Source of the DNA: a virus
Length of the DNA stretch: 64,000 bases
Virus record (IMG/VR): IMGVR_UViG_3300034524_000084
Location: 33,781-97,780 of that record
Strand: one strand, 5' to 3'
The stretch's first letter is position 1. The number at the start of each line of letters is the position of its first letter. The position numbers were made by a program, and so were the translations under genes. Shown here one piece after another: positions 39,401 through 49,662 of this stretch. The notes beneath the pieces were generated by a model that searched no databases, was not told where the DNA came from, and saw only the letters and a list, made by a program, of their open reading frames with translations.

Positions 39401-42400
39401 TTTGTTTAAAACCCTTAACTTCTATTTCGTCGTACACTTTCTTTAGTTTTTCTGCATACTCTAATTCTTTCTTAATGTCCTCTATATTTCTTAAATGAGC
39501 TTGCCCTTTTTCGTCAATTCTTTCGGTTAATACTGGCATCAAATCATTTAATTGATTTTGGATATCGAGTAATTCTTGTTGTTGTTCGTTAGTTAATTTT
39601 CCTTCTTTTTGCAAATTAAGTAAATTCTCATATTGAGCAACTAACTTATTTATTTCATCATAATGTTGCGAATATACTTGAACAATTTCTTTATTTTGCT
39701 GTTCAAACTTAGCCTGTTCTTCTCTTGTTTCTCTATATCTATTTACTATAAATTGTATTGCTTCTCCTATAGCAAACGCAAAAGCGGTTATTGCAGCAAC
39801 TTGGGCTCCACCTGCAAGAAATGAAGCTAATGTAATTCCTTTAGTAGCAGTTTTTGCAGTTTCTACAGCAACTGTTGCTGATTTAACAGCAGTTTCAACT
39901 CCTCTAATAGAATTAATTAAATTTTTCAAGAAATTAATAATACTTATACCAAGAGTTTCTCTTAATTTTGAATTAAACAATGAAAATGCCAAAGTAGTTA
40001 TTGTTAACGCTGTTGGTAATGCCCCAAATACTTCAACTGTTTCTCTTAAAATATTAACTAAAGATGTCATAAAAGCAATAGCAGAATTTATATCATCACT
40101 ATTAAAAACAGTCATCCATAAGCGCTGTCCTGCATTAGCTAAATCATTAAGACGAGCTTCGGTTGATTGAGCATACATTTCATATCTACTCATAGCATAT
40201 CCTGCTGAATTAGCCATTACGGCTTGTAGCCTCAACGCTTCATTATAATGATTCATTAATGTTAAGAAATTTTCACGCTGTCTTGTGCCAGCTATAGCTG
40301 CTGCTATTTCTGATTTTTGTAAATCATTCAATGTGTCCCATTTCTGCGCCAACTCATCCAAAACTTCACTCATATTGCGGAATTGTGTTGGTGTTTCTCT
40401 TAAAGCAATTCCAACTTTATTTAAGGATGATTCTACATTAGATATAGATTCCCCTAATGGATCAAAAGCTTTCCCTTCTTTTAATGCCTGCATACGAGCA
40501 AAAATGGTTTTAAAAGATTCACCAATAGTTTCAGCACTTTTTCGGGTTACAGAAGACACGGTACCAATATAAGAAACTAATTCATCAAAAGATACTCCAG
40601 CCATTTGAGCACTTGAAGCAGTACGCCTCACCGCTTCACCTAATTCTTTTGTTGAAGTAGCTGCACTATTATCTACTGCTACCATTTTATCTACAACTCT
40701 TATCATTTCTTCGCTACTCACATTATAGGCATTCTGTATAGCAATTAATTGCTTTACAGAATCTTCTTGAGATTGGGCAGCTATTTTACTCATAATCGTA
40801 CTCGCTTCAAGTAATTTTCTTGTTTCTTCAATATTGTGACCTGCTCTCAAAAATTCTTCCGAACCTTGCAACACATTAAGTGTTGTATCATGTAATTGTG
40901 TAGCCAAATTACTTAAAGAATGTGTCCATTCACGTATTTGTTCTGTTGTCGCCCCAGTTATCATTCGCATATTTGTTTGTGCTTTATTTAGCTCGTTAAC
41001 TGTCTTAATACCATTTTGCATTGCATGTACACTTTCCATTATTGTTGTAGAAGCTACAAGCCAAACAGGAAACCTTTCAAAAGCAACTTTTAAAGCACCT
41101 ATTAAACCTACATCTTTACCAGCAAGATTACCTATTTGTTCTATACCTGTATATACAGACCTAGTAGCTTCATCAACAGCAACTTTTACCTCTCTAAATG
41201 TTCCATTGGCTTCCTTTATACGAGCAATAAAAGTTCTAATACGAGAATCTCCATCTGCTGTAACTTTTGAAAGATTACGTATTTCAACACCTGCACCATA
41301 TATTGCTTGCGCATATCTTTTTATTGACTCATCATCAAAACCAGTAAATTTAATATCTGTCTTTGTACCTAAAGACATAATACGAGCCCGTTCTTTTTCA
41401 GTTCGAACTAATTGCTCATATTCTTGTTTAAGCGTTGCAATTCTATTTTGAATATTTTTCAACACTTCATTTGTTAATATATTTTCATTATTTCTATACA
41501 AATTAATTTGCTGATTAATTTCATTAATTACACCAACTATCCTTTGATACTCAGTTGAAGTTTTATCAATAGGAGCAGTTAATACAGTAGAACTAAATTT
41601 TGACATTTGGCTTTCTAAAGAAGCAACTTGCTTTTCTTGCCAAGCAATACGTTTCTCTTCTTCGGTTTCTAATTGTTTTTCTAGTTTAATAATCTCATTA
41701 AATTGTTCTTTATAATATTTCACATAATTAGAAAGACGTTGTTTATCTTCTTCAGTTAATATTTGTTTTTTTTCATAAAATTGCGATAATTCATCAGTAA
41801 TTTTTTTGTATTCATGTTGCATATCAACTAAAAATGCTTGTGCTTCGGGATTTTTAATATTATCAAATAGATCAGCTGATCGATTATGTAATTGCTCGAG
41901 TTCTTGTTGAAGTCTGCGTATAAAATCTATTTGTTTTTGATAATCTACTTCACTTGTTACTGTACTAATATTACCTGTCGGTGTAGTAGTAACAGTTAAT
42001 TTACCAATATCGGTATCAATGGTTTTGGTTAAAGATTCTAAAGTTGCTCCACCACTATCAACTTTGTATTTTTCTTTAATTTTCATTACATTATCCAAAG
42101 CTTGCTCTTGTCTAATTAATGCTTCAATATTTTTATTTATCGCTCCAGTCTGTTTGTCAATTTGAGTAGTAGTTCTTTCAATAATTTCCCCACTTTTTAA
42201 ATAGTCTTTTTGTATTGTTTGAATGGTACCATCTTGTTGTTTTCTAATTTCAATTTCAGTTTTAGTAACTTTGTTTAGTTCTTCAATCATTGCTTTAACA
42301 TTTCCCATTTGCTTTGTAAAATCACGAAAAACATTTATAACCTCTTTATCTATCCCTAAGTTCAACTTTAAACTATCCAATTTACTCGACAAAGACTTGA

Positions 42401-42482
42401 GTTGTGCGTTAATATTATCTGTTGTTTTATCTATGTCTAAACTACCTAATATCTGCAAAATCAAATCTTCCATTTTATTCAC
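36438..42482 (-). CDS. tail tape measure protein with C-terminal peptidoglycan-binding domain
   Basis: 2014 aa, TP901-type core (IGESFKTIFAR), coiled coils, GEDVKVLQ...DGIFGKKT...DGIVG. Confidence 0.93.
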   Translation of the reverse strand: MNKMEDLILQILGSLDIDKTTDNINAQLKSLSSKLDSLKLNLGIDKEVINVFRDFTKQMGNVKAMIEELNKVTKTEIEIRKQQDGTIQTIQKDYLKSGEIIERTTTQIDKQTGAINKNIEALIRQEQALDNVMKIKEKYKVDSGGATLESLTKTIDTDIGKLTVTTTPTGNISTVTSEVDYQKQIDFIRRLQQELEQLHNRSADLFDNIKNPEAQAFLVDMQHEYKKITDELSQFYEKKQILTEEDKQRLSNYVKYYKEQFNEIIKLEKQLETEEEKRIAWQEKQVASLESQMSKFSSTVLTAPIDKTSTEYQRIVGVINEINQQINLYRNNENILTNEVLKNIQNRIATLKQEYEQLVRTEKERARIMSLGTKTDIKFTGFDDESIKRYAQAIYGAGVEIRNLSKVTADGDSRIRTFIARIKEANGTFREVKVAVDEATRSVYTGIEQIGNLAGKDVGLIGALKVAFERFPVWLVASTTIMESVHAMQNGIKTVNELNKAQTNMRMITGATTEQIREWTHSLSNLATQLHDTTLNVLQGSEEFLRAGHNIEETRKLLEASTIMSKIAAQSQEDSVKQLIAIQNAYNVSSEEMIRVVDKMVAVDNSAATSTKELGEAVRRTASSAQMAGVSFDELVSYIGTVSSVTRKSAETIGESFKTIFARMQALKEGKAFDPLGESISNVESSLNKVGIALRETPTQFRNMSEVLDELAQKWDTLNDLQKSEIAAAIAGTRQRENFLTLMNHYNEALRLQAVMANSAGYAMSRYEMYAQSTEARLNDLANAGQRLWMTVFNSDDINSAIAFMTSLVNILRETVEVFGALPTALTITTLAFSLFNSKLRETLGISIINFLKNLINSIRGVETAVKSATVAVETAKTATKGITLASFLAGGAQVAAITAFAFAIGEAIQFIVNRYRETREEQAKFEQQNKEIVQVYSQHYDEINKLVAQYENLLNLQKEGKLTNEQQQELLDIQNQLNDLMPVLTERIDEKGQAHLRNIEDIKKELEYAEKLKKVYDEIEVKGFKQTTENRFKDIGVIERQIQNIRNELSRGYRVLTGNITVPLSDEDTLRLERELIELERQKEERLRENVDALQSVAEKQIALKGIEGELAQTTKEYISNLIEQEKNTLTNADAVDKAKTKIFDYIDAITQAKDVLVKLPEIKGSNLPEDKKMREYGIAVEGARQILSRFISDQNVVNQIIEWFANNVDNASDSVVGLNINIEELLGSMRATQNDIQELTDLIYKLSHGYELTVQEVNQLLKKYPELINAITIENGQIKINIDALKNLREARIAEFNTALEAEKAKVENQKRALAASLPLYEKEIMAIKNVADAHRVINDIIVDAAIKSNSMNLSSSAGIYKYLDNTIGAIGRALENIRKLQKLANATFQAVTPSAVKSAQNAAKSVQNVDPYIIDEFSHKLTELDLRIKQSEARMALYDRTSKEYRNELKLQIDLLEKKKNLIISEISNLEKANVSLKKQIDSYRKYKKLTAEQQEKLNELLKQYDDNRKAINQLTSEVIDISKTIQSNYQEIMDSWLTKSEEVANKVVEAYRNALNKEKELLLKQKDDELKALKERHDAVLKSLDDELKMYEDIINAKLKLLDMEDNERDYNQRLSELEQERADIINKINVLSLDDSIEAQSKLADLKKQQADIEKRIDDLRYRHSKDLRKQELRDELDNIRQQIDSKKQAENDLYNETQVRIQKEKELLEAHYNTLLDDTQKFEELRQQIIEGKIQTISKILEKYLNTFNRLMKDSIKQNGEDLLRLLGLIQQIQTAQTGLSSLGVPPSPPPTPTGFPYTTNSPTTSSNSSSSGSSSSSSTKTIETTLAKVNNTLNRVLKYGMRGEDVKVLQTVLNALGFNSGKVDGIFGKKTLNAVIAFQKANKLTADGIVGNLTKTAILNLLKAKGIVLFDTGGYTGNFPGEKLAILHEKELVLNKYDTANMLKMLEITRSMIRPLENLKIPQITIPKENVFNINMYINKVEGNEKGAQVLLDTFVNGLKKKGITLA

Positions 42483-42505
42483 CTGCCTTTTTCAAGCAAT
42501 AACAC

Positions 42506-42943
42506 CTACCCCTCTGCCTCTAACAACCCCTGCAAAAAATCAGAATTATTCACTAATTGTTTATAATTATCTGCAAAATTACGTACATGCTCCACCGTTT
42601 TCTTTATTTCTTCTTTGGGAAAGCTCTTTATTATTTCTTCAAAAAAGCCATTATCAATAAGATATTCATACACTACAATTTGTTTTTCTAATTCATCAGG
42701 AATAGGAATATTAGTAAAATACTTCATTAAAAGAAGGGGATAGTAATCAAGTAAGTTTAAATTTATATTATTTTCACGTGCATACTCCATCTTTTCTAAA
42801 AATTCCAATATCATCCTATGTATTTTTGTTGGTCTGAATTTTTCATCTATTAATATTTCGTACCCATTTACTTCAATCTTCTTTTGGGTATAATTTTTCC
42901 CGTCAACTTTTTTAATTTCGTTGTAGGTTAACTTTTTCCCCAT
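42506..42943 (-). CDS. hypothetical protein (possible tail assembly chaperone)
   Basis: Directly upstream of tape measure. Confidence 0.55.
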   Translation of the reverse strand: MGKKLTYNEIKKVDGKNYTQKKIEVNGYEILIDEKFRPTKIHRMILEFLEKMEYARENNINLNLLDYYPLLLMKYFTNIPIPDELEKQIVVYEYLIDNGFFEEIIKSFPKEEIKKTVEHVRNFADNYKQLVNNSDFLQGLLEAEG

Positions 42944-42954
42944 AATTTTACCTC

Positions 42955-43908
42955 CTACAAAATTTTATATTTACTTTTTTCACGCTGAATTTGTTGTTTG
43001 TCTTGTCTTAAATAATGTTTTTTAGTAACATCTAAACCTTTGTGGTTTAATAATTCGGAAATCATTTCGATAGGCATACCAGCTAATTTGAGTAATTGGC
43101 TACCAGAATGTCTGAAATCATGAGGATGTAAGGTAGGGACTCCAATCATTTCACCAATCTTTTTAGCCCAACTATATAATGTACTTACAGTTGCTTTTGT
43201 ATATTTGCCACCATTTTTAACTAAAAACACATACTCACTATCAATCCCTAAAGCTTCACGACTTTCTTTGAGTTTTAACAATAAGTCTCTTACTTCTTCA
43301 TCAAAATATAATGTAACTAATTTTCCTTCTTTTTCTAACACATTGTCTATAGTCATATTTTCAAAATCTATTTGCTCCCATTTAATATTTGATATGGCAT
43401 TTACACGAGCCATTGTAGATAAACTCAATAGTGCATAAGTTTCTAACTGCAAATTTCCATATTCTTTAAGCTTTTGTTTCATCAATTTCACTTGTTCTTT
43501 TGTTAAAAATGTCTGCACAACTATATCTATATCCTTACGAGGTCTTTCGATAAATTCCATTGGGTTTTCTTTAATTAATCTTTTCCTTCTTAAAAATTTA
43601 TAAAATGCCGAAAGAGATGAAATTCTACGCTTCAATCTGCGTGTATTATTGCCTTTTTGTTTACAATAATATATAAATTCCGCTATATCATCTTCGGTTA
43701 AGTCAAGTACAGATTGATTACCTTGATTCTCGTATATATATATAAACCATGAAAATAAATCAGTTTTGTAATTATAAATAGTAGCAGGGGAGAGCTCACG
43801 AATAGTCATATCCATTTCATATTTTTTGTATAGTTTCATATTTTCTGGATTAACTTTTTTAAGTTTTTCTTCATCATACAACTCTATTCGTTTACTTCTT
43901 TCTGCCAT
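42955..43908 (-). CDS. XerC/D-like tyrosine recombinase within tail module
   Basis: STMAR, HPHDFRH, LNH, HY catalytic residues; no arm-binding domain. Confidence 0.9.
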   Translation of the reverse strand: MAERSKRIELYDEEKLKKVNPENMKLYKKYEMDMTIRELSPATIYNYKTDLFSWFIYIYENQGNQSVLDLTEDDIAEFIYYCKQKGNNTRRLKRRISSLSAFYKFLRRKRLIKENPMEFIERPRKDIDIVVQTFLTKEQVKLMKQKLKEYGNLQLETYALLSLSTMARVNAISNIKWEQIDFENMTIDNVLEKEGKLVTLYFDEEVRDLLLKLKESREALGIDSEYVFLVKNGGKYTKATVSTLYSWAKKIGEMIGVPTLHPHDFRHSGSQLLKLAGMPIEMISELLNHKGLDVTKKHYLRQDKQQIQREKSKYKIL

Positions 43909-43962
43909 TTTCGCACCTCTTTTCTTGCAAAAAAATATCTATGTTAACCTTACGGTTATTTT

Positions 43963-44463
43963 CTACTTCACATTTAAACCATTACGACGCAATCCCTTTT
44001 TAAAAGCTTTAACAATTTCGGGATTATTCTTTAATTGTTCAGCAGTACTTCTAATAAAAGGTCTACCCTTCATATAAGGCGCTCCCTTACGGGGATAATC
44101 ATAAATATATCCATTCCAACCATGCCCATATTCTATTACACCCGCAATTTTAAAAGGCTCTTTACCCTCTGGCAAATAATTAGGGTTACTCATTGTAATA
44201 TTTTCCACCATTAAAAGAACTGAACCATCTGCTTGTAATTGAGTATTAGCCACCATATTATTAGGATCATCTAACCCACCAACACTACGTCTTATATATT
44301 CTACAGGATTAGGATATTTATCAAAAACTTCTTCTTGGATAGCTTCTTGTTCTACTTTTCTAACTACGTCAGCCACTTCATTATTCATAGCATCAGCAAT
44401 TTTAGACTGAATTTTTTGTTGAATTAGTTGTAATTGAGTCTTTAAATCTGGCATTTTATTCAC
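43963..44463 (-). CDS. putative neck/tail completion protein
   Basis: IEYG...RPF motif; position. Confidence 0.5.
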   Translation of the reverse strand: MNKMPDLKTQLQLIQQKIQSKIADAMNNEVADVVRKVEQEAIQEEVFDKYPNPVEYIRRSVGGLDDPNNMVANTQLQADGSVLLMVENITMSNPNYLPEGKEPFKIAGVIEYGHGWNGYIYDYPRKGAPYMKGRPFIRSTAEQLKNNPEIVKAFKKGLRRNGLNVK

Positions 44464-44482
44464 CCCTTTTTAAAAAAAGAAA

Positions 44483-44505
44483 AGGGTAAGGGAAAGCCCT
44501 ACCCT
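44483..44505 (-). terminator. terminator after major tail gene
   Basis: AGGGTA..../TACCCT hairpin plus T-run. Confidence 0.7.
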
Positions 44506-44510
44506 AAAAA

Positions 44511-45230
44511 TTATGATCTTGGAACTACTATATATCGCCCTATACTCGTAGAATTAATAGGTGTCATAGCTGTAAATTTAATTGTATCTCCATTGTTTTG
44601 ACCTGCTTCATGTGACACAGCCAATGCACCATCAGGAACAGCCTTCTCAAAAACCCAATATATATCAGCTGCTGGAGCATTTGTTTCAGCATCAACAGCA
44701 ATAGTATGCAATTCTACATAATAATTTCTTGGGAACATAGAAGCATCAAGTGGTATTGCTTCACCAGTTACAGATGTCGAATACAAAGCGATATAATAAG
44801 CACCTTCAACTCCATCAGTAACAGTCACAGTTTTTGTAGTAGCATCATAAGTAGCTGTAACCTGTTTTCCTTGAGGATCTAACACTATAACACTACCACT
44901 CGATGGAGTACCAGTCAATGTAAATTGACCATTAACCAATTGATGTTTTTCATTAGCTTGTACGGTATACTCGCCACTGACTTGTTTTGCTCCACTTTGA
45001 ATCGCAACAATATCATCAGCATGGAGTAGTGTCGTTACTGTAAACTCTATTTGCTTATTGTATTGCATCATACCAATAATGCCATTACCTATACCGCCAC
45101 GAAGAATTTCTTGTTCTACTGATTGCGAAATATCTGCCTTGTTAGTCAAACCTAAAAAATACACTCTTGTTGGATCTAATAAATCCTTTAAATACACCTC
45201 AGCTGTATCTCTCAAAATCAAGTTATTCAT
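44511..45230 (-). CDS. major tail protein (putative)
   Basis: Strong RBS, followed by terminator, LRGGIGN motif, beta-rich. Confidence 0.7.
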   Translation of the reverse strand: MNNLILRDTAEVYLKDLLDPTRVYFLGLTNKADISQSVEQEILRGGIGNGIIGMMQYNKQIEFTVTTLLHADDIVAIQSGAKQVSGEYTVQANEKHQLVNGQFTLTGTPSSGSVIVLDPQGKQVTATYDATTKTVTVTDGVEGAYYIALYSTSVTGEAIPLDASMFPRNYYVELHTIAVDAETNAPAADIYWVFEKAVPDGALAVSHEAGQNNGDTIKFTAMTPINSTSIGRYIVVPRS

Positions 45231-45251
45231 ATATACTACCTCCTTAAATTA

Positions 45252-45962
45252 TTAATTATTAAAAATTTTTTCCATTTCTTTTATATAATCTTTTAAAAAT
45301 GTTTTATTATTTTTATTATTATAATTTACATCAATATGTTTAAACCAATTTTCAATTTGTACATCTGGAGCTACAGTAGCAAACAACACAGATGTACGAT
45401 AATTCTCGAAAGCCATAATCCTATTAAATAAAGCATTAAGTTTATAGATAGTCATATCTAAAGCATTTTGGTGTGAAATAAGTTCAACACTTGTAACCAT
45501 TGCCTCAAATGTAACAATTAATCCCCTTTTTTCTTTGTAAATTCTATCATACATATCAAATTTAGCAATTTCTGGGTCTTTGCTTGGCTTCTCATAATGC
45601 AAACAATTCATAGTTTTCATTAAATTTAAATAATAATTCAATTCATCATCGGTTTCTACTAAATCAAACACATCTTCTTTAAAGAAAAAATAAAAAATTT
45701 TCTTATATATTAAATACAAATCTGGAATATTTTTTATAATTATTAAAAATGGTATATCTTTAAGCTGTTCTTCAGCCATTTTTTTATCTTCAAACAATTC
45801 ATAAATATCTTCTTTGGTTAAAAAAATATAAGGCAAAAATGTTAAAACAGTATAATAATCTTTTACCTTTGCAAAATGAATATTGCCAATTTTTGTTTTT
45901 ATAGGTAATCCCAAAATATATAATTCTCTAATGTCTGGGATTGTTTCTTCATTAATAATCAC
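45252..45962 (-). CDS. hypothetical structural/assembly protein
   Basis: 236 aa; DMTIY motif; position. Confidence 0.55.
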   Translation of the reverse strand: MIINEETIPDIRELYILGLPIKTKIGNIHFAKVKDYYTVLTFLPYIFLTKEDIYELFEDKKMAEEQLKDIPFLIIIKNIPDLYLIYKKIFYFFFKEDVFDLVETDDELNYYLNLMKTMNCLHYEKPSKDPEIAKFDMYDRIYKEKRGLIVTFEAMVTSVELISHQNALDMTIYKLNALFNRIMAFENYRTSVLFATVAPDVQIENWFKHIDVNYNNKNNKTFLKDYIKEMEKIFNN

Positions 45963-45964
45963 AA

Positions 45965-46477
45965 TTAATCCCCCTTAACAGTGGCATTGCTTACATTAAT
46001 CCACAAAGTCAACCCCGCATAAGAATTATTCACTTTGAATAATCTATATCTTGTAATATTTACCCTGTTATTACCTGCAATATATTGGTTGTCAAGCACA
46101 TTAGCAATCTCTTTAGCAATCCTAAACACTCTTATTTCTCCTTTACCACTAATCAACCAATACTTAATTGGCACAATTATATCTAATACATAAACATCAT
46201 ATCCAATCCCAACATTTTGCAAATTTCCTTCATAAGGATTAAAAAATATTTTTACTTGCATATCATTTAAAATCTCATCACTAAAAGGTGATAAAATTAT
46301 GTTTTTATTAATTAAATTATCATTAACATCGGGTAGGGAAGGATCTAATGGATATTTATCGAGATACACAATATATCTTTTAAAATTTTGATTATTAATA
46401 AGTAACATTAACATCTTACTTAAATTCTCTTCGATGAATTTAAACTTCAAACTAACAAATGTACTCAATATAAACAC
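45965..46477 (-). CDS. putative tail terminator
   Basis: Position and size. Confidence 0.45.
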   Translation of the reverse strand: MFILSTFVSLKFKFIEENLSKMLMLLINNQNFKRYIVYLDKYPLDPSLPDVNDNLINKNIILSPFSDEILNDMQVKIFFNPYEGNLQNVGIGYDVYVLDIIVPIKYWLISGKGEIRVFRIAKEIANVLDNQYIAGNNRVNITRYRLFKVNNSYAGLTLWINVSNATVKGD

Positions 46478-47416
46478 CTACCACAAAGAACTCTGAATTG
46501 TAATTGTTTTAGTTAATACTGTTGTGTCTGAAGTTGCTGTTAATACAAATTCTCCTTCAGACACACCCCGTACTACACATGAGTAATCAGTATAACTAAT
46601 TATTTGTGCATTAGTGTTGCTCAAACTCCAAGTAAACACTTGATCCGTGACTACATTACCATTTTTATCAATTATATAATAAGATTGGTCTTGCCCTAAT
46701 ATAATTGTAGTTGAACCATTAATTACGTAAGGCAATATTTCTACAGTTTTATCGTTATAAGCAATTCCATTTACAAGATCATCTTTAGGATTAACCTGAT
46801 CAAAAGCAAGTGTTAAAAACAATAATCCATACCCATCAATACTCTTCGATAAACCATCATCAGAACCAACAACTTTCCAAACAGTATTATTAAGTACAAA
46901 ACGTATTGGCATTAATTTGACTATTTGTTTCGAAATATCATTATACTGAGTAACACATAAAATCTTGTCAGTAGTAACAGTTATTTCTTTTTCATTTAAA
47001 GTATTTTTATAATTTTCCAAAAAACATGGTAAGCTATAATCCCCAAATTTTAAAACATTAGTACATTTTCTAATAATACAAGAATTGGTAGTGGGGGAGT
47101 GTTGAGTATTAACACATAACCATTTATAATTATTGTATTCAAAAATATCACCTAGTTTAGGTATATCATTTAAATCCTTAAAATATATCTCTTTATAGTT
47201 ATCGCCTATCATAGAAGCAAATACTGTGCTTGCGCCTCGTGGTTGATAATCCTTCAATCTGACTTTCTTTTCTACACCATTATGTTTAATAATAATAAGA
47301 TTTGGAGAATCCTCAAATAATAAATCCAACAACATTTGATAATCATTCCTAATTCTTTCACTATATGTGACACCACTACTTAATACACGTTTTTTGTAAT
47401 CATCAAAATACGTCAT
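46478..47416 (-). CDS. putative head-tail adaptor with Ig-like C-terminus
   Basis: Position; FTWSL...GEFVLTA. Confidence 0.5.
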   Translation of the reverse strand: MTYFDDYKKRVLSSGVTYSERIRNDYQMLLDLLFEDSPNLIIIKHNGVEKKVRLKDYQPRGASTVFASMIGDNYKEIYFKDLNDIPKLGDIFEYNNYKWLCVNTQHSPTTNSCIIRKCTNVLKFGDYSLPCFLENYKNTLNEKEITVTTDKILCVTQYNDISKQIVKLMPIRFVLNNTVWKVVGSDDGLSKSIDGYGLLFLTLAFDQVNPKDDLVNGIAYNDKTVEILPYVINGSTTIILGQDQSYYIIDKNGNVVTDQVFTWSLSNTNAQIISYTDYSCVVRGVSEGEFVLTATSDTTVLTKTITIQSSLW

Positions 47417-47829
47417 GCAAAATCACCATACTTATAAGTATATCTTGCAATTTTATCCTCTACGTCACGCTTAGTAGCTTCTCTAAGCATTTGTAATTCA
47501 TGTAAATGCTGCGCTTGAGAAGTTAATTTGAAATCACCAGTCATTTTTTGTTTCACAACCATTAAAGAGTTAATATAAGGGGATAGCCATTCAATTACCA
47601 TTAAAGTAGCAAGTATATCTTCTTCAATACCAGACAATGTTTGATTAAATTGTTGTAGAGCATCATCTCTATCATTCAAATTAGTTTTGCACACATAAAA
47701 ATTTGAAATAGCAGCTAATAAATAATCATACATTCTTGCCTCTGCATTAGCTTGAGTCATATTTGCCAATGTCATATCATCAATTTTTGCTAAAAAACGT
47801 TTATAAATATTTGAATAAGGTGTAGCCAA
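47413..47829 (-). CDS. putative head-tail connector
   Basis: MATPYSNIY..FL.KI.D; position after capsid. Confidence 0.6.
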   Translation of the reverse strand: MATPYSNIYKRFLAKIDDMTLANMTQANAEARMYDYLLAAISNFYVCKTNLNDRDDALQQFNQTLSGIEEDILATLMVIEWLSPYINSLMVVKQKMTGDFKLTSQAQHLHELQMLREATKRDVEDKIARYTYKYGDFA

Positions 47830-47841
47830 AATTTACACCCC

Positions 47842-48480
47842 CTATTGGACGTTATATACCTTAACGTCCTCAGCCATCTTAAATAAATCCTTACCTAATA
47901 TCTGTCCAATAAAATAGATCTTGTTTTTGTCTAAATATCTTATATCACCAGCATTAATACCCTTTATGATGGTATCAATAATAGATTCCTTAATAGCATC
48001 AGTAGTATTTTCCAGTATCTCTTTAATTTTTTCTTCTGGTAAAGTTATTATATTTTCAATAACCTCTTTGCTTACTATTTTCTTATAAGCTTCAGTTAAA
48101 TAAAGTGCTTCTACGGCATCTTTATCCAAAATCATAAAATATCCTTCTTCAGCAAGCCTTTTCTGTCTATCACAAATTTCCATTAAATCACCAAAAGTAA
48201 TAGGTTTAATTGCACCAAAATGATTAAAAGTAATTACCTTACCAGAATTAGTTATTAAGTTCAAAATGCCATGAAATAAGCTAACTACTTTTATTAATTT
48301 ATTCAAAGGTATTTCGCTAACAGTAGATTCAGGTATATCAATAATATTTTCTTTTTCCTTACGCAATTCTTCTATCATTTTTTTAAGTTGCTCTATTTCT
48401 TCTTTTAATTTCTCATTTTCTTTTGCATAATCAATTCCTTCCATTGTTTCAATATCAACTTCATTCTTTTTTCTCGGCAT
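47842..48480 (-). CDS. hypothetical protein
   Basis: 212 aa with RBS. Confidence 0.65.
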   Translation of the reverse strand: MPRKKNEVDIETMEGIDYAKENEKLKEEIEQLKKMIEELRKEKENIIDIPESTVSEIPLNKLIKVVSLFHGILNLITNSGKVITFNHFGAIKPITFGDLMEICDRQKRLAEEGYFMILDKDAVEALYLTEAYKKIVSKEVIENIITLPEEKIKEILENTTDAIKESIIDTIIKGINAGDIRYLDKNKIYFIGQILGKDLFKMAEDVKVYNVQ

Positions 48481-48504
48481 AAAACCCCTCCTTAAATTTA
48501 TAGA

Positions 48505-48527
48505 AGGGTAGGGGAGAACCCTACCCT
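48505..48527 (-). terminator. terminator after major capsid gene
   Basis: AGGGTAGGG/CCCTACCCT hairpin. Confidence 0.75.
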
Positions 48528-48533
48528 ATAAAA

Positions 48534-49628
48534 TTAAGCTAATTTCATAATACCATATCTTGCAGATGTTACTACACCCACATCATAAGATTTAATAAAT
48601 GTGTAATCTACTGTCATATCGGCATTTTGGCTATTTGTAGATTCATTTATAATAGCCTCACCTTCAAATGCTATCTTAGCAATCTTGTCGCTACCCATAG
48701 AAACAACATAAATCGTATTGTTATCTATAGCAAAATCATAAGTTCCAGCAATAATTCTTTGTGGTATCTCGAACAAATCTACGCCTTGGAAGTTTGTAAG
48801 ATAACCATATTTATTGTATTCTTCTGCGAGAGTGATTTTTAAAAATTGATCTGCTGGAAGTATTTGTGATAAAGCAAGTTTTGTACCAAATGCAGCTGCT
48901 TTAGCACCAGCATTTAATGCTTCTACTCTTTGTACTAATTGTATGAAAGATTGAGCAGTAAATCCAGTAACTTTCAATTGAGTTGGGAGATTGTCATAAG
49001 AATTCAATATTGCGTTGTATATATCAGTTGTAATTTGTGTTTCGAATGATCTTGCAACTCTTGCTACCCAATCACCCCAATTAACTTTTCCAGCCAATAC
49101 TCTATAGAAGTCTTCTTGAATAGTAATTGCACGCTGTTGAGGAATTAACGTTAATATTCCATTATAAATTCTTTGTGGCTCAGCTTTTCTTATACCGGGA
49201 GCAATTTTTGATACCACAAACAAATCAGGATTTGGAATCGTAAATACAAAGCTATCGCCCCAGTTGCCGTTTTTTACTTCTGCAAATTTATAGAAGTCAT
49301 CCAATACAGTTTCTGGTATAATCACATCCAACATTTCGCCAACTAAAGCAAATAAAGCCCATTTTACGTTAGGATTTCTTAATAAAACAGTATCAGATAC
49401 CCCAGTAGCATTAACACCAGCCATTTTAAAAGATTCTTTGATTAAATTTTTGGTGAAAACTTCTTGTTTTTCTTCGTATGTTTTTCCAGTAGCACTTTCA
49501 GCATATTGTTGTTTTCCATTTAAGTATAAATAATGTTTATATAATTCAACACCAGCTCTTACTATGTCTTGTCCATCAGCAGAGAAGGACATAAATCTCT
49601 TGGTAGGTATAACATTCATATTTCCCAT
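48534..49628 (-). CDS. major capsid protein
   Basis: 364 aa, strong RBS, follows scaffold and decoration genes, followed by terminator. Confidence 0.8.
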   Translation of the reverse strand: MGNMNVIPTKRFMSFSADGQDIVRAGVELYKHYLYLNGKQQYAESATGKTYEEKQEVFTKNLIKESFKMAGVNATGVSDTVLLRNPNVKWALFALVGEMLDVIIPETVLDDFYKFAEVKNGNWGDSFVFTIPNPDLFVVSKIAPGIRKAEPQRIYNGILTLIPQQRAITIQEDFYRVLAGKVNWGDWVARVARSFETQITTDIYNAILNSYDNLPTQLKVTGFTAQSFIQLVQRVEALNAGAKAAAFGTKLALSQILPADQFLKITLAEEYNKYGYLTNFQGVDLFEIPQRIIAGTYDFAIDNNTIYVVSMGSDKIAKIAFEGEAIINESTNSQNADMTVDYTFIKSYDVGVVTSARYGIMKLA

Positions 49629-49662
49629 AAAATATTCCTCCTTCTAATAATTATTATTTTAA

